Source of the DNA: an uncultured Desulfarculus sp.
GTDB taxonomy: Bacteria; Desulfobacterota; Desulfarculia; Desulfarculales; Desulfarculaceae
Reading direction: 5' to 3'
NCBI GenBank assembly: GCA_963665125.2
Contig: CAXXUK010000001.1
Coordinates: 1-64,000, forward strand
Length of the DNA stretch: 64,000 nt
Positions within the stretch are counted from its first letter, which is position 1. The number at the start of each line of letters is the position of its first letter. Both the position numbers and the translations under genes were made by a program. Shown here in pieces: positions 34,376 to 43,022 of this stretch. The notes beneath the pieces are model-generated. The model worked only from the letters and a program-made list of their open reading frames with translations, did not search any database and was not told the DNA's origin.

Positions 34376-34484
34376 TGCGCATTGGCCTAGCTGCAGACCC
34401 TGGCGAGTTTGAGCTGTAAGCACAACTGATTTAAAGAGTCCCGAACGGTTCAGGCACCGTGTTGCGAAAATGACGGAGGTGGAA
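34372..34484 (+). pseudogene. rpiB: Internally deleted RpiB/LacAB relic
   Basis: [15 protein letters not shown] resembles the RpiB N-terminus; ERFRHRVAKMTEVE in another frame resembles its C-terminus. Confidence 0.6.
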
Positions 34485-34697
34485 AGAGGCAAAAGTCTTA
34501 ATAGGGTAAAGAACCGCTGGGCGCCAATGTAGAAATAGAAAAATGTCAATAATAAATTGCGGACCAAGGCCATTAACTTGATAGTTATTTCGCATCCTTA
34601 AGGATGGGAGTTAAGGTATTGGGCTCTTAAGTTAATGACATTGGCTATGAATAGAGGAGATGGACAGTAGGATCCTAATTGAAAAACGAGGAGCGTA

Positions 34698-37379
34698 ATG
34701 GGGCAATACAATCTTGAATGCATCTTTAAACCGCAACATGTTGCTGTGGTGGGCGCTAGCGAAAAAACGGGGACCATCGGCAATGCGTTGATGAGAAATC
34801 TTATTGACGGCAAATTCTCTGGAACATTATTGCCGGTGAATCCCAAATATAAAAACATCCACGGGCATGAGTGCTTCGGATCGGTTTCCGCCCTGGAGAC
34901 CAGCGTGGACCTTGTGATTATAGCCACGCCGATTCTTGGTGTTGCCGACATCGTGAGTGAATGCGTCGAGCAAAAGGTCGGTGGGGCCATTATTATTTCG
35001 GCGGGGGGGAAAGAAGTCGGTGAGCAGGGCAGAGAGATAGAAGAAAAGATTCAACGGATAGCTCATGCCGGCGGGCTTCGCATCGTGGGGCCGAACTGTA
35101 TGGGCGTCATCCGACCCGGCGTAAACCTCAACGCCAGTTTTGCAACCGAAATGCCCGCGACCGGTAATCTGGCCTTTGTATCCCAAAGCGGTGCCATTTG
35201 TTCGGCAATTCTTGATCTGGCTTTCAAGGAACGTATCGGCTTTAGCCATTTTGTCAGCATCGGCTCCATGCTGGACGTCGATTTTGGAGACATGATCGAC
35301 TATCTCGGCAATGATTCCTCGGCCAAAAGCATCCTGTTGTATATCGAAAGCCTAACGAATTTCCGCAAATTCATGAGCGCAGCGCGTTCCGTCTCCCGGA
35401 TTAAACCTATCATCGTCCTCAAATCCGGCAGAAGTCCCGCCGGGGCAAGGGCAGCGGCCTCCCACACCGGCGCCATGGCTGGAGAAGATGCGGTCTATGA
35501 CGCTGCCTTCAAGCGCGCCGGCATCGTGCGCGTGGACACCATCGAAGAACTTTTCGACTGCGCAGAACTGATGGCCAAGCAGCCGCTCCCTCGCGGCCCC
35601 CGGCTGGCGATCCTTACCAATGGAGGTGGGCCGGGGGTGATGGCCACCGACACGCTCGCCCGGTATGGCCAGGAGCCCGCGCCCCTCGACCATCAAATGC
35701 TGCAAGCCTTCGATGCATTCCTGCCGTCCTTCTGGAGCCGGGGCAATCCCATCGACATTTTGGGTGACGCTTCCGCCGAGCGCTTCGGCCAGGCCTTGGA
35801 GGTCTGCCTCAAATCGAAGAATCTGGACGGGGTGCTGGTCATCCTTGCACCCCAGGCGCTTACCGATCCCCTTGCTGTGGCCGAAACCCTGGCCGCTGCG
35901 ATGCGGGACCGCCTTTTCCCTGCATTTGCCTGCTGGATGGGCGGTAAACGCATCGCCACAGCCGTTGACGTGTTGAATGCGGCGGGAATCCCGACCTACG
36001 ACACGCCGGAACGCGCGGTCCGGGCATTTTTATACATGGTGGAATATGCCAGAAACCTCGAAATGCTGTTGGAAGTCCCACCGAAGATGACAGGTCACAT
36101 GGTCTTCGATCAGGAAAAAGCCCGCAAGTTGATCGCTGCTGCGTCGGCTCAGGAATTTCTGCCGGAAACGGATTCTAAGGAAATACTCGCAGCCTACGGC
36201 CTGCCCGTGATCAGGACGGAAATCGCCGAGACCCCGGCGCAAGCCTCGCGTATAGGCCGTGAAATGGGATACCCATTGGTCATGAAGGTGCACTCTGGGG
36301 ACATCACCCACAAAACTGATGCCGGCGGCATTCGTCTGGATTTGCGTTGTGATGAAGATGTTTGCGAAGCCTTCAAGCAGATCACTGCATCCGTAAGACA
36401 TCATAAACCCGATGCCCGGATTGAGGGGGTGACGATTCAGCCCTATTTTTCAAACCCGGATTTTGAAATATTGATGGGCGCTAAGCGGGACCCGAATTTT
36501 GGTCCTGTGATTCTTTTCGGCATGGGCGGAATTAACACGGAAGTCTTAAAAGACAGGGCATTGGGACTTCCTCCCATGAACCGATTGCTGGCCCGGCGGT
36601 TGATGGAGGAAACCAAAGTCTACTCCCTGCTGCAAGGATTCCGCAACCGCCCCGCCGCCGATATGGAGCGACTCGAAGAAATGATAATCCGACTATCGGA
36701 ACTCCTGATTGATTTCCCTGAAATTGCCGAACTCGACATGAATCCCGTTCTGATCAAGGACGGAAAACCCGTCGCTGTCGATGCCCGCATCCTCGTTTTG
36801 CCGCTTGCGGTGCCGTCCTCCCTGCATCTGGTGATTGGCCCTTATCCGGATGAGGATGAATCCCATATGGTCAGCATGGATGGGCACCGCTTTTTTGTAC
36901 GACCCATTAAGCCCGAGGACGCACCCCTTTTGACGGCGTTGTTTAATACGCTTTCGCCCACGACTATTTACTATCGTTTTTTCGGCAGGTTAAAGGAATT
37001 AAACCCAGAAATGCTGGCGCGGTTCACCCAAATCGATTACGACCGGGAGATCGCCCTGGTGGCCATCGATGAGGACTCACCGGCTGACAACATACTGGGG
37101 GTTGCCAGAATTATTGGCGATGCGGATGGCAAGACGGGTGAATTCGCCGTTCTGGTGGGCGATTCCTGGCAAGGCAAGGGCATCGGGGGCAATCTGCTTG
37201 AAAAGTGCCTCTCAATTGCCGAAAAGCAGGGATTCAAAACGGTTCATGGCATCGTATTAAAAGAGAATAGGAACATGCTCGCGTTGGGGAAAAAGCTGGG
37301 TTTTGAGGCAAAACCAGACCTGGATTCCGGAGAGAATCGGCTGGATATTCATTTCGTAGGGAAGCAACCATCATATTAG
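34698..37379 (+). CDS. Acetate-CoA ligase-like/GNAT fusion (Pat-type protein lysine acetyltransferase)
   Basis: VAVVGAS, GPNCMG, SQSGA, ASHTGA, ATP-grasp (HKTDAGG), C-terminal GNAT (WQGKGIG). Confidence 0.92.
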   Translation: MGQYNLECIFKPQHVAVVGASEKTGTIGNALMRNLIDGKFSGTLLPVNPKYKNIHGHECFGSVSALETSVDLVIIATPILGVADIVSECVEQKVGGAIIISAGGKEVGEQGREIEEKIQRIAHAGGLRIVGPNCMGVIRPGVNLNASFATEMPATGNLAFVSQSGAICSAILDLAFKERIGFSHFVSIGSMLDVDFGDMIDYLGNDSSAKSILLYIESLTNFRKFMSAARSVSRIKPIIVLKSGRSPAGARAAASHTGAMAGEDAVYDAAFKRAGIVRVDTIEELFDCAELMAKQPLPRGPRLAILTNGGGPGVMATDTLARYGQEPAPLDHQMLQAFDAFLPSFWSRGNPIDILGDASAERFGQALEVCLKSKNLDGVLVILAPQALTDPLAVAETLAAAMRDRLFPAFACWMGGKRIATAVDVLNAAGIPTYDTPERAVRAFLYMVEYARNLEMLLEVPPKMTGHMVFDQEKARKLIAAASAQEFLPETDSKEILAAYGLPVIRTEIAETPAQASRIGREMGYPLVMKVHSGDITHKTDAGGIRLDLRCDEDVCEAFKQITASVRHHKPDARIEGVTIQPYFSNPDFEILMGAKRDPNFGPVILFGMGGINTEVLKDRALGLPPMNRLLARRLMEETKVYSLLQGFRNRPAADMERLEEMIIRLSELLIDFPEIAELDMNPVLIKDGKPVAVDARILVLPLAVPSSLHLVIGPYPDEDESHMVSMDGHRFFVRPIKPEDAPLLTALFNTLSPTTIYYRFFGRLKELNPEMLARFTQIDYDREIALVAIDEDSPADNILGVARIIGDADGKTGEFAVLVGDSWQGKGIGGNLLEKCLSIAEKQGFKTVHGIVLKENRNMLALGKKLGFEAKPDLDSGENRLDIHFVGKQPSY

Positions 37380-37394
37380 TCCAGTAAACCACGG

Positions 37395-37535
37395 CCCCTG
37401 GTAACAGAAGCGGCCAAGGAGATCGGTCCCTTTACGATAGCCGTGGTAACCACACCCTTTGATTTCGAGGGCAGGCGCTGCCTACGGCGAGCACAGGAAG
37501 GTTTGGCGATCCTCAAAAAGGTGATCTTCCAGTGA
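37395..37535 (+). pseudogene. ftsZ: Internal fragment of ftsZ
   Basis: PLVTEAAKEIGPFTIAVVTTPFDFEGRRCLRRAQEGL resembles FtsZ AVVTKPFxFEG region; no start codon. Confidence 0.7.
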
Positions 37536-38227
37536 AGAACAAGCTTATCCAAACGTGGTTGGCGGTGCGCTACAGCCTTTGGTTCGTTCCAGGGATGCTG
37601 AGCGCCGGGGCCTGCATCCTGGCCCTGTGCGCCGTGCAGGTCGACCAAATACTAGCGCGGAATGAAATCCCCAACTTCTGGTGGCTCTACAACGGCACCC
37701 CGGCAGGCGCCCGGGCTCTGCTTTCTACTATCGCCGGTTCCATGATAACCGTGGCCGGTGTTGTTTTTTCCCTCACCATGGTGGTGCTCAGCCTCACTTC
37801 CAGCCAGTTCGGCCCCCGCCTGGTGCGCAACTTCATGGACGACACCGGCAACCAGTTGGTGCTGGGAACCTTTGTGGCCACCTTTTCATATTGCTTGATC
37901 GTGCTGCACACCATTGAGGGCGCCAGTAAAAATGTGCATGCGCCTCATCTTTCGGTAACCATGGGGGTAGGGTTGGCCCTGACCAGCTCGGCAGTGTTGA
38001 TTTTTTTCATACACCATATCGCGGCATCCATACTAGCCAACAACCTACTGGCTCGCGTGGGTCGGGAGCTGGAAGAAACCATAAAAAGGCTCTATCCCCA
38101 AGAATCGGATGGAAAAAACCGGCAGGATCACAGCCCCGCAGCCCCAACCCTTCCCCAGGGATTCGACCAGCGGGCAGCGGTGCTTTGGTCCCATCAAAAC
38201 GGATATATCACTATGATCGACCAGTGA
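37532..38227 (+). pseudogene. DUF2254 membrane protein truncated by IS3
   Basis: SLWFVP, ARALLSTIAGSM, SSQFGPRL, LGTFVATF; stop TGA is the first 3 nt of the IS3 end. Confidence 0.85.
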
Positions 38228-38337
38228 TCCAGCCCAGTTTTGACGGACACACTATAAAGATGTGATGAGTGTGGTCATCCCCCCAGTTTGGGATAATGGT
38301 CTTGGAAAACAAAGGACCACTAACCGGAGGGAAGACC

Positions 38338-39372
38338 ATGATTTATGTTGGCATGGACGTACACAAGAAGACCACCACCTATTGCGCCATCGACGAAGAG
38401 GGCAAGGTGAATCGCCGTGCTACGGTTCCCAGCGATGAAGCAGGCTGGCTCGGAGCAGTGCAAGATTGGCTTTCTGGTGGTGTAGAAGTAGCCCTTGAGA
38501 CCGGATGTATGACTTGGTGGGCGGTTGATGTTCTTCGTGAGTCCGGAATTGAACCCGTTGTGGTTGATGCCCGCCAGTTCAAGATGATCGCGGACAGCAA
38601 GAAAAAGAGTGACCGCCACGATGCCAGAGCGCTTGCCGAAGGTCTGCGTGGTGGTTTGGCGCAACGGATTGCGGTAAGCGTTCCAGACCAAAAGACTCGC
38701 CGTGCCAGGGCTTTGATGCAAACCAGGCAGCACGTTTTAAAGCAACGTAACATGAGCATAAACATGGCGAAGGCAATGCCGCGTTCGGTCGGTGTTGAGC
38801 TAAAAAAGAGTCAGTGGCCTAAAGAGCAACATTGGGAAACAGTACTGGACAATCCGGCAGTTCCCTTGTGGATGAAGCCGCTTTTGGCAACCCATCGCAG
38901 CATCTGGGAGCACCTTGAAAGGCAAAAGCAAGACATTGATGCCATGATCAATCAGGAGTTGTGTGATTGGCCGGAAGCAGAGTTGCTATATGAAATGCCT
39001 GGTTTCGGCCCCATTGTCACCATGGGTATTCTGAGCGGAATAGGGGATGTGAACCGGTTTAAGCGTGCAAATCAACTAGCCAGCTATGCGGGCTTGATCC
39101 CATCTTCCCGTGACAGCGGTTCCGTACAGCGCCGGGGTGGGATAACCAGGCAGGGCCGCAGCTTGATGCGCCACTTTTCGGTCCAGGCGGCCTGGGCGGC
39201 ACTGCGAAGTAAAAGTCTCACGCCGTCTTTGCGCAAATGGGCCAAAAGGCTGATCGTAAAACGGGGCAGGAAGGTGGCGGCGGTAGCTCTGGCCAGAAGG
39301 TTGTTAGTGTTGGCGTACAAATTCTTGAAAACCGGTGAAGTTTATAACCCAGCATATCCTGCTTCAGTTTGA
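38338..39372 (+). CDS. IS110-family transposase/recombinase
   Basis: YVGMDVHK, ALET, KKSDRHDA, PGFG, SYAGLIP...DSG, AAVALARRL. Confidence 0.95.
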   Translation: MIYVGMDVHKKTTTYCAIDEEGKVNRRATVPSDEAGWLGAVQDWLSGGVEVALETGCMTWWAVDVLRESGIEPVVVDARQFKMIADSKKKSDRHDARALAEGLRGGLAQRIAVSVPDQKTRRARALMQTRQHVLKQRNMSINMAKAMPRSVGVELKKSQWPKEQHWETVLDNPAVPLWMKPLLATHRSIWEHLERQKQDIDAMINQELCDWPEAELLYEMPGFGPIVTMGILSGIGDVNRFKRANQLASYAGLIPSSRDSGSVQRRGGITRQGRSLMRHFSVQAAWAALRSKSLTPSLRKWAKRLIVKRGRKVAAVALARRLLVLAYKFLKTGEVYNPAYPASV

Positions 39373-39620
39373 GAATATAGATAAACAACTTTAAACGGCA
39401 AATAATGCAAACACGCTTTTCGGGGATTGGCGTTGAACCTGGCTACTCGCTTGTAGCCGTAACTACGTGATTAAGATTAGGAACGCCGATTCTCGATCTA
39501 CATCCATGCGCCACGAAATGCTGAGCGCGAAGAGAAGCTTGAAGGCGTGATTGCTCATTATTTGTGCCTATACCCAAAAAGGGAAAAGGCTATTACTGGA
39601 TTTCTTCCTTGACCAAATGG
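39373..39620 (+). ncRNA. Putative seekRNA/bridge RNA of the IS1111 element
   Basis: 3' non-coding region with stem 39421-39434/39482-39495 enclosing a loop that matches the target flanks. Confidence 0.65.
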
Positions 39621-39664
39621 ACCACACTCAGAGAAGCGAGTAAATTGCTTAACGGAGGTGTTCG

Positions 39665-39964
39665 ATGTCATCACAGAAGAGCCAGAAGAAATCCACCAGG
39701 CGGCACTATTCGCCGGAGTTTAAGACCGAAGCCCTGGGCTTGGCTGAGCAGGTGGGCGTGGCTGGTGCGGCCAAGCAGTTAGGTCTGCATGAGTCCCAGG
39801 TTTACGCTTGGCGGAAGAAGGCCCGCTATGAGGCCAGCCGCAGTGAGACCGAAAAGGAATTGGAGATCGAAAACGCCAAGTTGAAGCGGCAGTTGGCCAA
39901 GAAAGAAGAGGAGTTGGCCATATTAAAAAAGGCCGCGGCGTACTTCGCGAAAAGCCTGAAGTGA
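39665..39964 (+). CDS. IS3 transposase OrfA
   Basis: RRHYSPEFK, HTH, LKKAAAYFAK; AAAAG at 39950-39954 as candidate -1 frameshift site. Confidence 0.92.
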   Translation: MSSQKSQKKSTRRHYSPEFKTEALGLAEQVGVAGAAKQLGLHESQVYAWRKKARYEASRSETEKELEIENAKLKRQLAKKEEELAILKKAAAYFAKSLK

Positions 39965-40828
39965 AGTACGCGTTCATGCAGCAAAACGCAGGCACATACA
40001 GCGTCACGGCGCAATCCGAGGCCTTTGGCGTATCACGTGGCGGGTATTATGGCTGGCGGCGCAGGCTGCAAAATCCCAGTCAGAGGCAGATGGAGCGTGA
40101 GAGGCTCGATCACCTGGTGAAAGAAGCCTTTGAAGTTCGCAAGGGCCGTAGCGGAGCAGTTGGGCTGACTCTCGACCTTGATGAGCAAGGCCGTAAATAC
40201 AACCGCAAAACAGTGGCCAAGAGCATGAATAGACAGGGCCTGGTGGCTAAAGCGGCTAGGAAGTTCAAAGCCACCACGGATTCGGATCACGGTATGCCGG
40301 TGGCTCCAAGTCTGTTGGCCCAGGACTTTAGTGCAATCGCTCCAAATCAGAAGTGGGTCTGTGATATCACTTACCTTTGGACCGGCGAGGGCTGGTTGTA
40401 TCTGGCGGTGGTGCTCGACCTGTTTTCGCGCATGGTGGTGGGCTGGGCCATGGATAAGCGCATGAAGGCCGATTTGGTCTGTGACGCCTTGCAGATGGCC
40501 TTGTGGCGACGGTATATACCAAAGGATGTGCTGGTTCATTCGGATCGTGGCAGCCAGTACTGCTCCAGGAAATACCAAGCCCTTTTGACCAGGCATGAAC
40601 TGGTTTGCAGCATGAGCGGCAAGGACCGGGGTCCCCGCAAATCTTTGATTTGTGGGGTGTCGGGCAACTGTTACGACAACGCCGTGGCCGAAAGCTTCTT
40701 CCATACCCTCAAGGTGGAAATGATCCACGGTGAGCACTTCGCCACCCGCCAGGATATGCGCCGGACTGTATTCGAGTATATCGAGGTTGACTACAACCGA
40801 AACAGGAGACACAGTGCCAACGGATACA
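39961..40828 (+). pseudogene. IS3 transposase OrfB, 3'-truncated, with 13-aa in-frame insertion
   Basis: WVCDITY, HSDRGSQY, NCYDNAVAESFF; DRGPRKSLICGVS inserted in MSGK|GNC. Confidence 0.9.
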
Positions 40829-41282
40829 GCGGTGGACCCCATCGTGCCCCAGGAGATCACCATCACCCGCATGGCCGTGGAAACGGCCAAAGAGGCTGAA
40901 AGCCAGGGCGGCGACAACCGCACCATGGGCCCGCAAGCACATCGTGCCCTACGGACTGTACCGGGCCGAGGGTTATATCAGTGCGCCCCTGGCCGAAAAG
41001 ACCGGCTTTAATGACGAAGACGTGGAAATGCTCTGGGAGGCCTTGGCCAACATGTTCGACCATGACCATTCCGCCGCACGGGGCAAGATGGCCGCCCGCC
41101 GCCTCATCGTGTTCAAGCACGATGGCCGCATGGGTAACGCCCCGGCCCACAAGCTGTTTGAGTTAGTCACGTTTAAGAAGAAAGAAGGATTGGAAGGGCC
41201 GCCCCGCAGCTTTGAGGACTATAAAGAGAAGATAGACCGCAACGCCGTGCCCGCCGGGGTGAGTCTGGAGGAAATGATCTAG
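40829..41282 (+). pseudogene. cas7: Type I-C Cas7 (Csd2), 3' half, one frameshift at 40930-40932
   Basis: VDPIVPQEITITRMAV, RTMG-RKHIVPYGLYRAEGYISA, MFDHDHSAARGKM, GNAPAHKLF. Confidence 0.92.
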
Positions 41283-41288
41283 AGAGGC

Positions 41289-41664
41289 ATCGCCCCTGGG
41301 CGGGGGATGCTCGTCCAGGGGCGTGGGTTGAAACGAGAACGGGCGCTGGTAGCTGCCAACCCGGCTTACATCGCTCCTCGTGCGAGGGCGTGGATTGAAA
41401 CGAGGGCTGGCTGGCCAACGGCGGCGTTGTTCACGGGTCGCCCTCCGTGCGGGGGCGTGGGTTGAAACTCCACGCGGGCGGCGTGATGGCCGTCTTCGTC
41501 TGGTCGCCCCTCGTGCGGGGGCTTGGGTTGAAACTGCGCGTATCCATGTGGCTGGATGCGGTATAAAGTCGCCCCTCGTGCAGGGGCGTGGATTGAAACC
41601 TTTGCCGCCGTCTTGCTGGCCGGAACAGTCGGGTCGCCCCTCGTGCAGGGGCGTGGATTGAAAC
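41289..41664 (+). CRISPR. Type I-C CRISPR array, 6 repeats (first degenerate) and 5 spacers of 33-35 bp
   Basis: Consensus GTCGCCCCTCGTGCAGGGGCGTGGATTGAAAC; repeats at 41289-41334 (interrupted), 41370-41401, 41437-41468, 41503-41534, 41568-41599, 41633-41664. Confidence 0.96.
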
Positions 41665-41829
41665 TTATTAATGCTGTATTGCACGTTGCATTTTGTCTCC
41701 AGTTAAACTTGTCGGCTACAAGTTGCCCTCACCAAACCTAGACTCTTTAGCCCTCATCCGCTACAATATAAATGCCTAATATTACGAAACATAAAGCTAG
41801 TTATGCATCCCATATTTCATCCCTGATTC

Positions 41830-42774
41830 GTGCTACAAAACAACAATCTGATTGCCGTGTCAAGCCGGTGCGCGGGCCTTGTCCGGTCCGGGCAAACGCG
41901 GCCGGAAAATCTATGGCTGCACAACTTCATCAGCCCCAACACCAAGGCCGCCTACCGGCAGGCCGTGCTTAGCTTTGTTCAGTTCGCCGGTTTGACCGGG
42001 CCTGATGACCTGCGGCGCGTGGATCGCGGTGTGGTGCTGGCCTGGCGCGGGCACATGGAGGCCCAGAGCCTTGCGCCGCGCACCATCCGCGCCCGGCTGG
42101 CCGCCCTTAGCTCGCTGTTCGGGGAGCTGTGCGAGGCTCAACTCATCGTCCTTAACCCCTGCCACGGCCTCAAGCGCCCCAGCGTCAATGACCGCCAGGT
42201 GGAGAGCGTTCTTCTGACCAAGGCCCAGGCTAGGCGTCTATTGGCAGCGCCCGACCCCGGCACCCTGGCGGGCAAACGCGACCTGGCCATCCTGGGCGTG
42301 CTGCTCTACACCGGGGCCAGGATCAGCGAAGCAGCCGGGCTCAAGGTGCGTGACTTGTTCGAAGACGCTGGTTTCTGGGTCCTGCGCTACCGTATTAAGG
42401 GCGGCAAGAGCATCCGCAATCCGCTGAGTAGCCAACTCCTGTATTGGCTGCGGCAGTGGCTGGAGGCGGCCGGGCACGGCCTTGAGGACGATAGCCCGCT
42501 GTTTCTACCGGTGAAGCCGTTCGGGCCGAGGCGACACCTGCGGCGGCTACAAATCCAGCGAGTCTTCGACAAATACGCCCGCCTGGCCGAACTGCCCGCC
42601 AAGGCCACGCCCCACTCCTGTCGGGCAACATTCGCCAGCCACGCCCTGGACGCCGGGGTGCCCATCGAGCTGGTGCAAGAGGCCCTGGGCCACGCCAGCA
42701 TTGCCACTACGCGCAAATATTGCAAGAAGCCCACCGCCTACCAAGAGGCGGCGACCCTACGTATTCATTATTAA
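41830..42774 (+). CDS. Tyrosine recombinase (Xer/Int-like with SAM-like N-domain)
   Basis: TGARISE, KGGK, HSCR, LGHASIATTRKY. Confidence 0.93.
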   Translation: MLQNNNLIAVSSRCAGLVRSGQTRPENLWLHNFISPNTKAAYRQAVLSFVQFAGLTGPDDLRRVDRGVVLAWRGHMEAQSLAPRTIRARLAALSSLFGELCEAQLIVLNPCHGLKRPSVNDRQVESVLLTKAQARRLLAAPDPGTLAGKRDLAILGVLLYTGARISEAAGLKVRDLFEDAGFWVLRYRIKGGKSIRNPLSSQLLYWLRQWLEAAGHGLEDDSPLFLPVKPFGPRRHLRRLQIQRVFDKYARLAELPAKATPHSCRATFASHALDAGVPIELVQEALGHASIATTRKYCKKPTAYQEAATLRIHY

Positions 42775-42782
42775 TTAAAACC

Positions 42783-43022
42783 ATGTCCAGATTTTGGGAT
42801 GAAGTCGACGCAACCGGCCGCTTCGAGCTGCGGCAATCCAGCCGTGTGCTGGCCGCCGCCCAGCCCTCGAGCAGGGCGGCCGTACGCACCCTGCGCCTGT
42901 GGGCCAGCAGGCAAGACAGCGCGCGCCTGCACTGGCGGCAATTCGGCAGACTGCGCGTAGCATGGAAGCGGTGGTTATTGCGGTTTCGGGTGCCGGGGTA
43001 TGAGGCGATCAATCCCCGATAA
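42783..43022 (+). CDS. Hypothetical basic protein
   Basis: ATG 8 nt after the recombinase stop; fills the gap; no motif. Confidence 0.3.
   Translation: MSRFWDEVDATGRFELRQSSRVLAAAQPSSRAAVRTLRLWASRQDSARLHWRQFGRLRVAWKRWLLRFRVPGYEAINPR

Larger units (their letters stand above)
38258..39632 (+). mobile_element. IS1111-type (IS110 family) insertion sequence
   Basis: DEDD transposase, 11-bp subterminal IRs TGAGTGTGGTC (38266-38276)/GACCACACTCA (39620-39630), AGA at both junctions, long 3' non-coding end. Confidence 0.85.
38225..40828 (+). mobile_element. IS3-family element; left end interrupted by IS1111, right end missing
   Basis: Left end TGATCCAGCCC...GGACAC; orfA/orfB present; orfB stops resembling transposase at RRHSANGY. 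Confidence 0.85.

Noticed and set aside
38269..41282. CAST-like linkage of IS110/IS3 transposases with cas7
   Set aside because: No TnsB/TnsC/TniQ; adjacency is produced by a truncating junction that may be an artefact.
41335..41369. Spacer 1 shares AACGGGC, AGCT and AACCCG with the att-proximal terminator at 50031-50063
   Set aside because: Needs gaps; only 7 contiguous matches, so not a credible homing spacer.
41163..41684. ORFs overlapping the CRISPR array
   Set aside because: Translations of repeats (FNPRP motifs), not genes.
42854..42871. Spacer 2 first 9 nt (GAGGGCTGG) match the minus strand here with a CTC flank
   Set aside because: A 9-nt match is expected by chance in a GC-rich 64-kb window and the match does not extend.
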